25,167 nucleotides of DNA. Origin: a virus. Lineage: Duplodnaviria > Caudoviricetes. Made by a program: the position numbers and the translations under genes. Below, in pieces: positions 1-8,640 of this stretch. The stretch lies in the IMG/VR virus record IMGVR_UViG_3300032295_001751, positions 1-25,167 of that record. One strand, given 5' to 3'. The notes below the pieces were generated by a model. The model worked only from the letters and a program-made list of their open reading frames with translations. It was not told the origin of the DNA and did not search any database. Each line of letters starts with the position of its first letter. The stretch's first letter is position 1.

Positions 1-254
1 CGACGGTGGTCAGCGTCCTTGACGTTGAGCATCGCGATTGCCACGGCGGAATGCAGGGTGGGGTCCGCCTTGCATGCAGCCTGCAAGAGTTCGTTAGCCA
101 CCTCTGCGGGATCGAGCAAGCTCGCCGCCACGATGGCGGACTGAGACTCCGGCATCAGGAGCTTGCCGTTCTCGAAGCGCGGCAACTGGCCAACGGCTCG
201 TTCCACCTTGTTGACCAAGGTAAGCACCGTCTCCAGCCAAGCGAGAGCGTTCAT
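1..254 (-). CDS. Hypothetical protein, 3'-truncated by window edge (MNALAWLETVLTLVNKVERAVGQLPRFENGK...)
   Basis: Not in the ORF track. ATG at 254 overlaps the upstream stop (ATGA, 251-254). The frame stays open to the window edge. Confidence 0.75.
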   Translation of the reverse strand, partial: MNALAWLETVLTLVNKVERAVGQLPRFENGKLLMPESQSAIVAASLLDPAEVANELLQAACKADPTLHSAVAIAMLNVKDADHR

Positions 255-481
255 CGCGTCCCCACTTCCGCTGCACAGGAGCCAGTGGTGAGCCCGCGCT
301 TCACATAGCCATAGGCGCTCGCGCACGCCGCAGCAAGCTGACCGTCCCCTTTGTCGAGGGCTACCTTTGCGCAGTCTTTGTCGAGAGCAATCGCCTCAGA
401 CGCAACCCTCTGGCACGGAGTGATACACCCCATAATCGCAGAAGGAGCCACCAGAAGCGCCAACCATTTCGCATACTTCAT
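251..481 (-). CDS. Small Cys-rich lipoprotein (76 aa), possible outer-membrane spanin component
   Basis: Start reassigned to ATG 481 (ATGA overlap with the upstream gene). MKYAKWLALLVAPSAIMG-C19 gives a basic N-region, hydrophobic H-region and lipobox-like IMGC. Four further Cys follow. Confidence 0.7.
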   Translation of the reverse strand: MKYAKWLALLVAPSAIMGCITPCQRVASEAIALDKDCAKVALDKGDGQLAAACASAYGYVKRGLTTGSCAAEVGTR

Positions 482-696
482 ACTTTGCCTCCCGCAGCCA
501 TCTCGGCAATCGACGACACCATCTTCACCGGATCGAGCCCTGTCGCACGGAGGAACCTCGTAAACGCCGCGAGGCGTGGGTGGCGCTCGCAGCGCTCGAC
601 CCACTCCTCTGGCGTACGGGTGCGAAGGATGATGTTCAAGAGGCCGGTGATGGCCGGCCAGATGAACACGGCCCAGAGTTCGACTTTGTCGTTCAT
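478..696 (-). CDS. Small membrane protein (72 aa), holin-like candidate
   Basis: N-terminal hydrophobic helix LWAVFIWPAITGLLNIIL followed by a charged domain. ATGA overlaps on both sides. Lies after the tail fibre genes. The holin call is positional. Confidence 0.6.
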   Translation of the reverse strand: MNDKVELWAVFIWPAITGLLNIILRTRTPEEWVERCERHPRLAAFTRFLRATGLDPVKMVSSIAEMAAGGKV

Positions 697-947
697 GGCG
701 GCGGCGTCAGGTGAAAGTATCGGGCAACAGCGCTGACGATAGCACCAGCGACGGCCAGGAACACCAGCTTGAACAGCGCGTCCACGCCTTGGTCCGCCCG
801 CTTTCGCAGGCTGCGACCAAAGCGCAGATCCTCGCGGAACTCCTCAACAGAGGCGGTGTCGTCGACATCGACGCCCAGGAGCGCAAAGCACTCCCGGACG
901 GCTTTGTCAGCGGCCTCCTCTGCAATGGATTTCTGCGAGGGAGCCAT
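693..947 (-). CDS. Phage membrane protein with C-terminal TM helix (84 aa), lysis-module associated
   Basis: Helical N-part with LGVDVDD..EFREDLRFGR and a C-terminal hydrophobic helix LFKLVFLAVAGAIVSAVA. TGATG coupling at 947. Confidence 0.7.
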   Translation of the reverse strand: MAPSQKSIAEEAADKAVRECFALLGVDVDDTASVEEFREDLRFGRSLRKRADQGVDALFKLVFLAVAGAIVSAVARYFHLTPPP

Positions 948-1219
948 CAGGGTGCGCTCATGTCTGGGAGCGGAGGAGCGGGGTTGTTGAAGTCAACCGC
1001 CGCCTTCAGCTCTGCCTCGTTCGTCGCCGCATCGATGGCCGTCTGCACCGCCGCGTACTTGTCGCGGATGGCCTGACGAGCGGCCTCGGCTTCCGCCTCC
1101 GCTGCACCGGGGATGCGCAGCGCGATCACCTCGTCGTGCGGAGCAAACTCCGCAGCGCGTGCGGCGCGGCGCATGTCGTGGGCAAGCCCCTTGGCCTTTG
1201 GCATGTTCAGACTGATCAT
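947..1219 (-). CDS. Tail-fibre-associated (assembly/chaperone-type) protein, 90 aa
   Basis: KAK..AHD.RR.AR..EFAP.D...RQAIRDKY...Q.AIDAA pattern, recalled as common downstream of phage tail fibres. ATGA/TGATG coupling. Confidence 0.7.
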   Translation of the reverse strand: MISLNMPKAKGLAHDMRRAARAAEFAPHDEVIALRIPGAAEAEAEAARQAIRDKYAAVQTAIDAATNEAELKAAVDFNNPAPPLPDMSAP

Positions 1220-1497
1220 GGCGTCACCTCGTCATCATGCTTCACCAGTTCCGGCTTCGGGAACTCGTTGGAGTCAGCGCCCACGCCATCGGTAAGAAGC
1301 GCCGCGTCCACTTCCCAGGCATTGCGGAATGTGCGGTCCAACGGGATGTCCTCTACGCCCACAATCTTGAACGGCTTCCCCGCAGGAACATCTTTTGCCG
1401 CGATGGCCTCGATGCTCCAATCTGCGAGGACTTCAGGGGTCGGAGTGAGGATGACGATGCCACCCTCGTCGTTTTGATAGATGATTCGCTGTGTCAT
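1216..1497 (-). CDS. Tail-fibre-associated protein, 93 aa (MTQRIIYQNDEGG...IAAKDVPAGKPFKIV..DIPLDRTFRNAW)
   Basis: Start reassigned to ATG 1497, 4 nt after the fibre stop, with SD-like GGTGAT upstream. The KDVP.G.P..IV...D.P.DR.FR.AW motif is typical of post-fibre genes. Confidence 0.75.
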   Translation of the reverse strand: MTQRIIYQNDEGGIVILTPTPEVLADWSIEAIAAKDVPAGKPFKIVGVEDIPLDRTFRNAWEVDAALLTDGVGADSNEFPKPELVKHDDEVTP

Positions 1498-1501
1498 GTG
1501 A

Positions 1502-2845
1502 TCACCGGAAAACAGCAACGTTAACGTTCGCAGGGTCCACGAACGTCGCATTTTCGAGAGTGTAGAGCAGCAGGCTTGCCGTGCCACGCGAAGCAATAAC
1601 ATCGTACGTCACGCAGTTCGTGTTCACCGTGTTCGACTGCTTTGTGGCCTGCACGCAAAAGTTGGTGTCCGGCATGGCGTTCGTGAGGTTGATCACGTAG
1701 ACGCCAGCGCCGCCGTCGCCAATCGTGGAGACGTTACCGGAACCCCTGATGGAGCCAGGGCCAAGCACGTTGATTGTGGCGGGGGTTGCTGCAATCGAGC
1801 CGCTCGCTGCCGTGGTGAACTCGAACCGCGTCGAGCTGACAAACGTGACAACATAGGAGCCAGTCGTGATTCCGGCTGCTGCCACGTACACAGATTGACC
1901 CGTGGTGAGTCCGTGCGCCGTAGTGCTATCGACGGTGCACAGCGTACTGGTTCGGCTCAGCGTAAAGGGAGCGCCTTGCGCTGGCGTTGCTGCTGGAGCA
2001 CCGCTGAAGTTGACCCACGCTCTGCAACCGTAGGCCGTGGCCGACGAGCCAAATCCAGAGTTCATCTGGAAGTTGCCGCTGGTCGTCATGCCGCAGGCAT
2101 ACGCACCTGCGCTAGAGAACCACGCCCAATTGCCAGTAGCCACCTGGAGAAAGTCAAAATAGTCTCCGCTCAACCCCATACGGAGCGGAGTGTTTGAGAC
2201 AATATCGACCTTACGCGCCGCGGTCGTCGTGCCGAAGCCAGTGTTCCGCGAGGCCGTTACGTAGACGGCATGGTTGCCGTTGATCGTGAGGCCGATCTCG
2301 TTGACGCCCGGGAAATAAATACCGGTGTTCGTCGCGTCGTGCCGCATAAACGCCGGAGTCGTCTGCGACGTTCCGGTTGCGCGGATTGCGCCGGTTGATG
2401 TCAATCGGCTGCTAGACGTGTCGAAGTTGAGCAGCCCGCTTGCGATGTTGAGCGCGTTGGCGCTGGCGGCGGCAAGCGTCCACGTCTGAGCAGCCGTCGA
2501 GTTGAGGTTGCCTGCGAACGTCGTGGTGCCGACGACGTGCAACGGGCTTGCGGGGTTTTGCGTGCCGATGCCGACGCCTACGAGCGGGTCGATGGCAAAT
2601 CGCGTGTTGGCGCTGGTGTCCTTGAAGTTGAGCGTGTTGCTCAACGTCCACACCGCACCGCTCACCGCCGTAGAGGCGAACGCGCCGCCGGTAAATGTCA
2701 GCGTGGTTCCGTCGTCGGTAACGCTGGAGTTTCCAACGGCACTAGAGCTGGTCCACTTGGTGAGCGTGTTGGCCGTACCGCTGCCGCTGATACCGCCTCC
2801 ACCTCCACCGCTGGAGTACGGGAAGTTCAAACGTGGTGCGCTCAT
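1502..2845 (-). CDS. Tail fibre / receptor-binding protein, 447 aa
   Basis: Start reassigned to ATG 2845 (SD GGAGGTG). Rich in Gly/Ser/Thr/Asn, with fibre motifs GSGTANTLTKWT, VGIGTQNPASPLHVVG, and C-terminal YGCRAWVNF...IRGSGNVS.I.D.G.G.Y.IN.T.AMPD.N. Confidence 0.85.
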   Translation of the reverse strand: MSAPRLNFPYSSGGGGGGISGSGTANTLTKWTSSSAVGNSSVTDDGTTLTFTGGAFASTAVSGAVWTLSNTLNFKDTSANTRFAIDPLVGVGIGTQNPASPLHVVGTTTFAGNLNSTAAQTWTLAAASANALNIASGLLNFDTSSSRLTSTGAIRATGTSQTTPAFMRHDATNTGIYFPGVNEIGLTINGNHAVYVTASRNTGFGTTTAARKVDIVSNTPLRMGLSGDYFDFLQVATGNWAWFSSAGAYACGMTTSGNFQMNSGFGSSATAYGCRAWVNFSGAPAATPAQGAPFTLSRTSTLCTVDSTTAHGLTTGQSVYVAAAGITTGSYVVTFVSSTRFEFTTAASGSIAATPATINVLGPGSIRGSGNVSTIGDGGAGVYVINLTNAMPDTNFCVQATKQSNTVNTNCVTYDVIASRGTASLLLYTLENATFVDPANVNVAVFR

Positions 2846-2846
2846 C

Positions 2847-3209
2847 TCACACCTCCCACACGGCGATGGTCGTGCCAGCCGGAGAGACGAGGTAGATGCC
2901 CATGCCGTCGCGGATGTCGACCGGGACCGCTTCGTTCGCCTTGACCGGGTAGCCGGACGCCGAGGTCGCATCCGACGACGACAAGACGAGCAAGTCGTTC
3001 GAGCCGATGTTGCGGATGTTCAGGCCTTGGGCGCACGAGGACGCACCAGATGGCTGCCCCATGTCCGTGGACAAGAGGATGGGCAGAGTCGTGAGACCCG
3101 ATGGGTTTCGCGCGTTGCCGTTGATCGATGCAAGCTGCACCACCGTGGCTCCAACGGATGCCTGGTAGATGCGCGTCTTGCTGCTGAGACCGGTTCCAAC
3201 TCTGCTCAT
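2847..3209 (-). CDS. Putative virion structural protein (beta-rich, 120 aa)
   Basis: Start reassigned to ATG 3209 (SD AAAGGA). The I.NIG...L.V......GYPVK pattern suggests a small beta-sandwich. Lies directly upstream of the fibre. Confidence 0.65.
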   Translation of the reverse strand: MSRVGTGLSSKTRIYQASVGATVVQLASINGNARNPSGLTTLPILLSTDMGQPSGASSCAQGLNIRNIGSNDLLVLSSSDATSASGYPVKANEAVPVDIRDGMGIYLVSPAGTTIAVWEV

Positions 3210-3272
3210 GTTCTTGTCCTTTCGTGCCCGTCGTATCCTCCGCCTCAAGGGCGGCAAAGTCTTTCGCTGAGT

Positions 3273-6200
3273 CTACAGCTTCGTGTTCTCGACCAGAGAA
3301 CTTTCTTTGCCAGGTCGCGCACGGGCCGCTGCCGTCTCCGCACCCGGGACCATCGGCCCCTGGCTCGAAGGCGCAGAGCCGATGAGCATCTGGGCCATGC
3401 CGAGCGAAAGCCCGCCACCGCCGCTGCGCATCGACATCTTGGTCTTGCTCATCAGCTTGAAGAGCGGGGCTAGGTTCATCGCCATCTCCGGCTTCTTCTC
3501 CTGGAGAAGCTGCACCGCTACCTTGAGCTGGTCGTAGGCTTCGGGCGAGACGAGCTGCAGCACGTCAACGTCTTGCTGACGCAGTGAGCCGTCGTGGACG
3601 AACTTCGCCAGCAGGTCAGGGTTCCGCAGTACGGCCACCGAGCGAGCAAATGCTTGGGCGTCCGCGCCGTTCGAGGTCGCTGGGCGCTTGCGTTCGAGGT
3701 AGTCCACCGCCGCATTGAAACGCTGACGAGCGTTTTGAATCTCGGCTGGGTTGATCCCACCAGTGCGAGCAAGTTTGTCGAACGTTTCGTTGGCAGCCTG
3801 GCGGTCTTTAAGGATGCCGTCGACATACGCGTTCGCCGCAGGGACCGAGAACGTGTAGCCCTTGTTGACAGCCATGGCTCGGCCCGCAGGCAGCGACCCG
3901 CGCTCCATCATGTCCATGACCTTGCCAACGCCGCCCCAGAACGCCACCGGGTTGAGCACGGTCGATGCGGCTTTGGCCATGCCAGCCTTGCCACTCTTGG
4001 CTGCGAGAACTCCGCCAATAAGCGTCGGGATCCAGCCGCCACCAAAGACGCCGTGCATGATCTCGACCGCCCCGAGAGCTCCCATGACCTTGTTCGGGTC
4101 ACCGAAGATCTTGGCCGCAGCCTTCGACTGAGCATCCATGGCCTTGCGCATCGCGCGGCCTTCCGCCGTGTTGAGGAACGTAGCCCAGTCCTTCTGGAAC
4201 GTGCCTTCTGCATCAAGGGCAAACGGGCCAGAGCGCAGCTTGGACTTGCCGATGGCCGTTCCGCCGCCGGCAGCCTCGAACGATTCGAGCACTTCGGCGA
4301 ACTGGCGCTCGCGGTCGCGAAGAGCTTCGAGCCCCGAGACAAGCTGACGCTGTCCGCTGAGCTTGCTCGTGCCGCGCTCGATGTCCATCTCCAAGGCCGA
4401 AGCCTTGAGCGTGCGCTCGGCTTGCTGCTTGAGCGACTTGGCCATTGCCAAGTTCTCGGCGCCCTGCGCTGCAGCTTCGCCACTGAACACGCGATTCATG
4501 CGGAGATCGGCAGCGTCTTGAGCAAGCGTCTGCCTTGCGGAAGCGTTCTTTGCCGAGGCTTGCTCGTACGCCGTCTTCTGCGCCACGAGAGCGTCTCGCT
4601 TTGTCTCTAGGGCCTTGCGAACGTTGGCCTTCTTCTCGGCGGCGATCTGGCTGTCGAGCGACGAGATCTCTGCGTTGTTCTTGATCCGCTTTTCAGCCAA
4701 CTCCTTGCCGGTTTGCTCAAGGTCAGACAGCGCCTTTTCTTGGGCGTCGAGCGTCGTACGAAGCGCGGCGGTCTCCTCGGGAGATGCGGCCACAATGGTC
4801 TTCGCAGCAACGGGAGCCGTCTTTTGAACAGCCGCCTCGGTTAGCTCCTTTGCGGGCGGAAGCATGGCATTGTACCGCGCCTGCGCCTCAAGGCCGATAG
4901 AGTGGTTAGCCTTTGCGTTCGGGTAAAACTGCTGAGCATCTTCGAGAGCCTGAGCCTCGATGCCCGAGCGAACGTCCGGCGCAAGACCACCAGCCGCTCC
5001 TTCGAGACCGCCGACGGCGCTCTTCACTCGCTTGCCGCCAGCTCGCTTCAGGAAGCCGTTTTCCACGCCAAACTTGGCAAACTGGTTGGCGTATGCCGTC
5101 GCTTCGGGGTTGGCAAACAAGGCGTCACGAACGCCCTCTCGGCCAATCGCAGCCTTGAACAAGCTGCCGCTACCGCCATGGGCGATGTCTGCCGCAGCCA
5201 GGTCGCGGATGACGCCCTTGACCTTTTCGGTGTCGCCAGCCACCTCGATGAGGCGCTGAGCAAACGGCTCGGACTTTGCCGCCGTAGACGTTGGGATTGC
5301 AGCGCCGTCGTTGGGCCCAAGGCTCGACTGCTGCACGCGGTTCACAAGATCCTCGGCAGAGGAACGTGCGGCGCCCGCCTCGGATCCGGCAACTTCAAGG
5401 CTGCTCTCGCCGAGCGAGTTGAGCTTGCGCATCGTCCGGGCGATGTCCTTCTTGCCCAGTCCCTGCGCAGCGTAGTTGGTCGCTGCTTCCTGGCCAAGGG
5501 TCGCGCCTTCGTGCTGGAGCGTCCCGACCTTGGACAGGAGATCGTCCATCTTTTTGAGGTTGCCAAGATTCGCGTTGATAACGTCAACGCGATTCTGGAG
5601 GCCCTGCAGCACAGACTCGTTCCGGCCTGCTTCACGCGCGAGTTGAAGCTCTTCGAGGCTCTTGTTGTAGAGCCCAGTCAGCTCCACGCGCTGCGAGGCA
5701 AGCGTCGTCCTGGCTGAGAGCGCATCGACGTTGGCCTGCGACAGCGCATTCACGAAGTCGTCGGTCTTGTCGATCATCGAGAACGCGTCGCCCGACTTTG
5801 TGATCGCGCCAAGCGTACGATCCATGGCCTTGTTGACGTTGCCGATGGCCGACTCAATCGCGCCGCCAAGGTTCCCGCCAGCCTTCGCCACGGCCCCCGG
5901 CGCAAGCGAATGCACCGCCTCGCGAATGGCGTCGTGCTCTTCGAGAAGAGACTGCGCCATCGCCGCCTTGTTCTCGGCCAACGTGCGGATCTCCGCAGCC
6001 TTGCCGCTCAACTGAGCTGCCGCGTCGCCAGTAGGCGTACCGCCGGCTGCCTTCGCCGCCAACGCATCTGCTTCTGCCGCAGCCTTGCGTTCCGTCGCAC
6101 GGCCAGCCGCCGCGCCAAACGCCGGAGCAATAGCGCCAAGCGTTCCGCCGACGCCGGCACCAGTGGCCGCTGCCTGGCCAAGGTTCGCCTCGCGGTTCTC

Positions 6201-6776
6201 GATGCCGGCCTGAGTCAACTCGGAGCCAGCACCGTAGCCGGCACCGATAAGCGCCTCGCGTCCTGCCGATTCGGCGACACGACGACCAAGAGTCTTGGCT
6301 GCCGCAACGCCAGCCCCTTCCGCCACCGCAGAGCCACCGCCAGTGAGCGCGGCGAGGCCAAGGCCACCAGCCAACTCACCACCGAAGATCGCCCCGCCTT
6401 GAGCCTCCTGGAGCTTCGCAAGGTCTTCAGGTGAGGCAAGGCCTGCGGCCATGAGCCCCTTGCCGCCAAGACCAAGCGTGGCGCCCTGGAGCGCGCCGTA
6501 GCCGACGCCCTTGGCCAAGCCCGAAAGTCCGCCGTATTGCTGGCCAGCCTCGCGCTTGAAGCGCCCCTCGGAGGACTCGATGAACGGGTCAATGTTGTCT
6601 TCGCTCAGACTTGCGGCGAGTCGCTCAATGGGGATTTCGGTGTGCTTTTCATCACCCAGCGTGATTTTTTGGCCGCGCTTGGCGCTGAAACCAGAGCGCA
6701 TGAGCGGGACAACCCGCTCCTGCGGGACGTCGACAGACTGGCCTTGCGGGTCGAAGAGGGTGACTAGCTTGTTCAT
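3273..6776 (-). CDS. Large internal virion (ejection) protein, 1167 aa
   Basis: Ala-rich and helical/coiled-coil, with Gly-zipper hydrophobic segments (GLAKGVGYGALQGATLGLG; GVFGGGWIPTLIGGVLAA). Third of three such genes after the nozzle gene. ATGA overlap. Confidence 0.75.
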   Translation of the reverse strand: MNKLVTLFDPQGQSVDVPQERVVPLMRSGFSAKRGQKITLGDEKHTEIPIERLAASLSEDNIDPFIESSEGRFKREAGQQYGGLSGLAKGVGYGALQGATLGLGGKGLMAAGLASPEDLAKLQEAQGGAIFGGELAGGLGLAALTGGGSAVAEGAGVAAAKTLGRRVAESAGREALIGAGYGAGSELTQAGIENREANLGQAAATGAGVGGTLGAIAPAFGAAAGRATERKAAAEADALAAKAAGGTPTGDAAAQLSGKAAEIRTLAENKAAMAQSLLEEHDAIREAVHSLAPGAVAKAGGNLGGAIESAIGNVNKAMDRTLGAITKSGDAFSMIDKTDDFVNALSQANVDALSARTTLASQRVELTGLYNKSLEELQLAREAGRNESVLQGLQNRVDVINANLGNLKKMDDLLSKVGTLQHEGATLGQEAATNYAAQGLGKKDIARTMRKLNSLGESSLEVAGSEAGAARSSAEDLVNRVQQSSLGPNDGAAIPTSTAAKSEPFAQRLIEVAGDTEKVKGVIRDLAAADIAHGGSGSLFKAAIGREGVRDALFANPEATAYANQFAKFGVENGFLKRAGGKRVKSAVGGLEGAAGGLAPDVRSGIEAQALEDAQQFYPNAKANHSIGLEAQARYNAMLPPAKELTEAAVQKTAPVAAKTIVAASPEETAALRTTLDAQEKALSDLEQTGKELAEKRIKNNAEISSLDSQIAAEKKANVRKALETKRDALVAQKTAYEQASAKNASARQTLAQDAADLRMNRVFSGEAAAQGAENLAMAKSLKQQAERTLKASALEMDIERGTSKLSGQRQLVSGLEALRDRERQFAEVLESFEAAGGGTAIGKSKLRSGPFALDAEGTFQKDWATFLNTAEGRAMRKAMDAQSKAAAKIFGDPNKVMGALGAVEIMHGVFGGGWIPTLIGGVLAAKSGKAGMAKAASTVLNPVAFWGGVGKVMDMMERGSLPAGRAMAVNKGYTFSVPAANAYVDGILKDRQAANETFDKLARTGGINPAEIQNARQRFNAAVDYLERKRPATSNGADAQAFARSVAVLRNPDLLAKFVHDGSLRQQDVDVLQLVSPEAYDQLKVAVQLLQEKKPEMAMNLAPLFKLMSKTKMSMRSGGGGLSLGMAQMLIGSAPSSQGPMVPGAETAAARARPGKESSLVENTKL

Positions 6777-8629
6777 TCGGTCGTGCTCGCAAGGCGCTGG
6801 GTCTTCATGCTCATCTTACTGTCGCCTTCGATGTCGGAGATGGACGGAAGCAGGAGAAGGTCCAGACCGCTTTGGACGGCCTTGCCGGTGGGACCGAACG
6901 ACGTCGCGCCGAAGTTGCGGTATGGGCTGATGCCCGCAAGCGCGTCGTTCTTCTGGCCATCGAACCAGCGACGGACGCCAGCCGGGGACGAGAAGTCCGT
7001 CTCAAGGACGTTGCGGACCTGCTCGCCGTTGGTGACGCTGCCGCCCGAATTGAACTTCATGTTTGCGTTGACGAGCTTCTGAATGCGCGCGCGGATGGCG
7101 TTCACCGCAGGGTCGTTCGTGCCCTTAAGGTTCTGAGCCATGTAGGTGTCGAACGCTTCAAAGACGGCGCTGCCCTTGTTGTTGGCCGCCGCCTGCTCAA
7201 GGCCACGGATGAGCGTGTTCTTGAAATCGGGCGTGATTGCCTGCTCAAGCAAGCGCGGGTCCGCGTTCTTGAATTCTTTGACCACCGACGCCACCGCGTC
7301 CAGTTTGCCTTTTGCTTCGACAAACGGACCGGATCCAATGACGCCCTGGTAATGGTTCATGGCTTCGCCAGCAGTCTTTGGATCAAGGCCACGCAGCGCC
7401 TGACGAGCCTGCATCAACTGCATGATCGTGTCGGCTCGCTGCCTGTTTGCCGCAATCCAGTTGGCTGCGTTGCGAGCAGCGAGGTTCATCTCGATGCCGC
7501 CCATGTGTTCTTGCAGCTTGCCGATGCCGTCCTTCAAGGCAGCCTTGGTCTTTGCATCGGTGACGCGTTGCTCGGCGAATTCCAGCGCACGCTTGTACTG
7601 GTCCATCGAGGCAACCGTGGCCGTAGCAAGCGCCTGCTGCTCATCCACGCCCATCTGACGTGCATCGAGGTAGTTCGAGCGAGAGACGCTTTGCCCGTAC
7701 TTCATGCGCTCGTACTGTTCGCGCTGGTTTGTCACGTCGCGCTCGACAGCCTTGTCGACCTCGCTCATGACTTGGTTCGGCGACATGTCGCCAGCGGCTC
7801 CCTTGAGAGCGCCAACAAGACCAGCCGCAAAACTCATGGCTCCAGTCGAGACAGTGTTTTGCCCAAGCTGACGCGACAGCCGCATTGAATCAAACGCGTT
7901 CTCGGCAGCTCGGGTTTGAGCGGCCTCGCGGTCCATCTCAGCGCGACGCTGGTTAAAAAGACCAGACTGCTGCCCTTGCAGTATCCTGAGCTTGTCGATG
8001 TACGACTGCCCGGTAGCCTGCTGACCTGCGCGAGCCGCCTCTTTTACGCCTTCCTGCTCTTCCGCCACAGGCAGTACGCCGCGCAAAGCCTCTTGCTGAG
8101 CAAGAATGCCTTCACGGACGTTCTTGTTCATGCTGAGAGTCGGCACCTGCACCGGACGCTGCGCTTGTGCAAGAAGCGCATCGAGCTGCATCTCTTCCGG
8201 GCTCTTCTGCTGCGGCTGCGCAGACGCGTTGGCCGGAACGTTCGAGCTGACGGTGTCGGCACCGCTAGAGACAGCGCCCTTGTTGTCGGCGTACGGCGTG
8301 GCGCTGCTGGGCGAGTAGCCTGGAACCAGGTAGTTGACGCCAGGCGTTGCGCGCAAGACCTCCTGAACTGGCTCGTTTACAAAACGCTGAAGCGAAGACG
8401 ACTTCTCGCCCTCGATCTCACGCTTCTGACGAGCTTCATCCTGAGCCGCCTCCAATGCTTGGCGAGCGCCTTGGTTGTAGTCGACGCCCGTAGGCGCGGC
8501 GCCCACGTTGACTGGCACGTTGGTTCCACGACGAGCATCGTACTCACGGAGGCTCTGCTGCTTGCGCAGCTCCTCGGCAAGAGCTGCTTCCTGTTCAGCC
8601 TTCGCGATGGCTTCTTCTTGTGGAGTCAT
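6773..8629 (-). CDS. Internal virion (ejection) protein, 618 aa
   Basis: Gln/Ala/Glu-rich helical protein with one hydrophobic segment (GAMSFAAGLVGALKG). Middle position in the ejection-gene trio. Confidence 0.7.
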   Translation of the reverse strand: MTPQEEAIAKAEQEAALAEELRKQQSLREYDARRGTNVPVNVGAAPTGVDYNQGARQALEAAQDEARQKREIEGEKSSSLQRFVNEPVQEVLRATPGVNYLVPGYSPSSATPYADNKGAVSSGADTVSSNVPANASAQPQQKSPEEMQLDALLAQAQRPVQVPTLSMNKNVREGILAQQEALRGVLPVAEEQEGVKEAARAGQQATGQSYIDKLRILQGQQSGLFNQRRAEMDREAAQTRAAENAFDSMRLSRQLGQNTVSTGAMSFAAGLVGALKGAAGDMSPNQVMSEVDKAVERDVTNQREQYERMKYGQSVSRSNYLDARQMGVDEQQALATATVASMDQYKRALEFAEQRVTDAKTKAALKDGIGKLQEHMGGIEMNLAARNAANWIAANRQRADTIMQLMQARQALRGLDPKTAGEAMNHYQGVIGSGPFVEAKGKLDAVASVVKEFKNADPRLLEQAITPDFKNTLIRGLEQAAANNKGSAVFEAFDTYMAQNLKGTNDPAVNAIRARIQKLVNANMKFNSGGSVTNGEQVRNVLETDFSSPAGVRRWFDGQKNDALAGISPYRNFGATSFGPTGKAVQSGLDLLLLPSISDIEGDSKMSMKTQRLASTTE

Positions 8630-8640
8630 TGTTCATATCC

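Noticed and set aside
2862-2877. Minus-strand TGGCACG-ACCA-TCGCC with GG-N10-GC spacing upstream of the tail fibre
   Set aside because: Lies inside a coding sequence with a weak -12 box. The predicted start (~2851) would cut off the fibre gene's strong SD. Likely chance.
1502-2971. Extended 5' starts in the ORF track (2971, 1602, 604, 3257, 23398, 23751, 23903, 24843)
   Set aside because: Downstream ATGs have SD sequences or ATGA coupling. Most extensions overlap the upstream gene and read as off-frame sequence.
3240-3254. CCGCC/GGCGG hairpin after the largest ejection gene as a terminator
   Set aside because: Only a 5-bp stem and no downstream U-tract on the coding strand.
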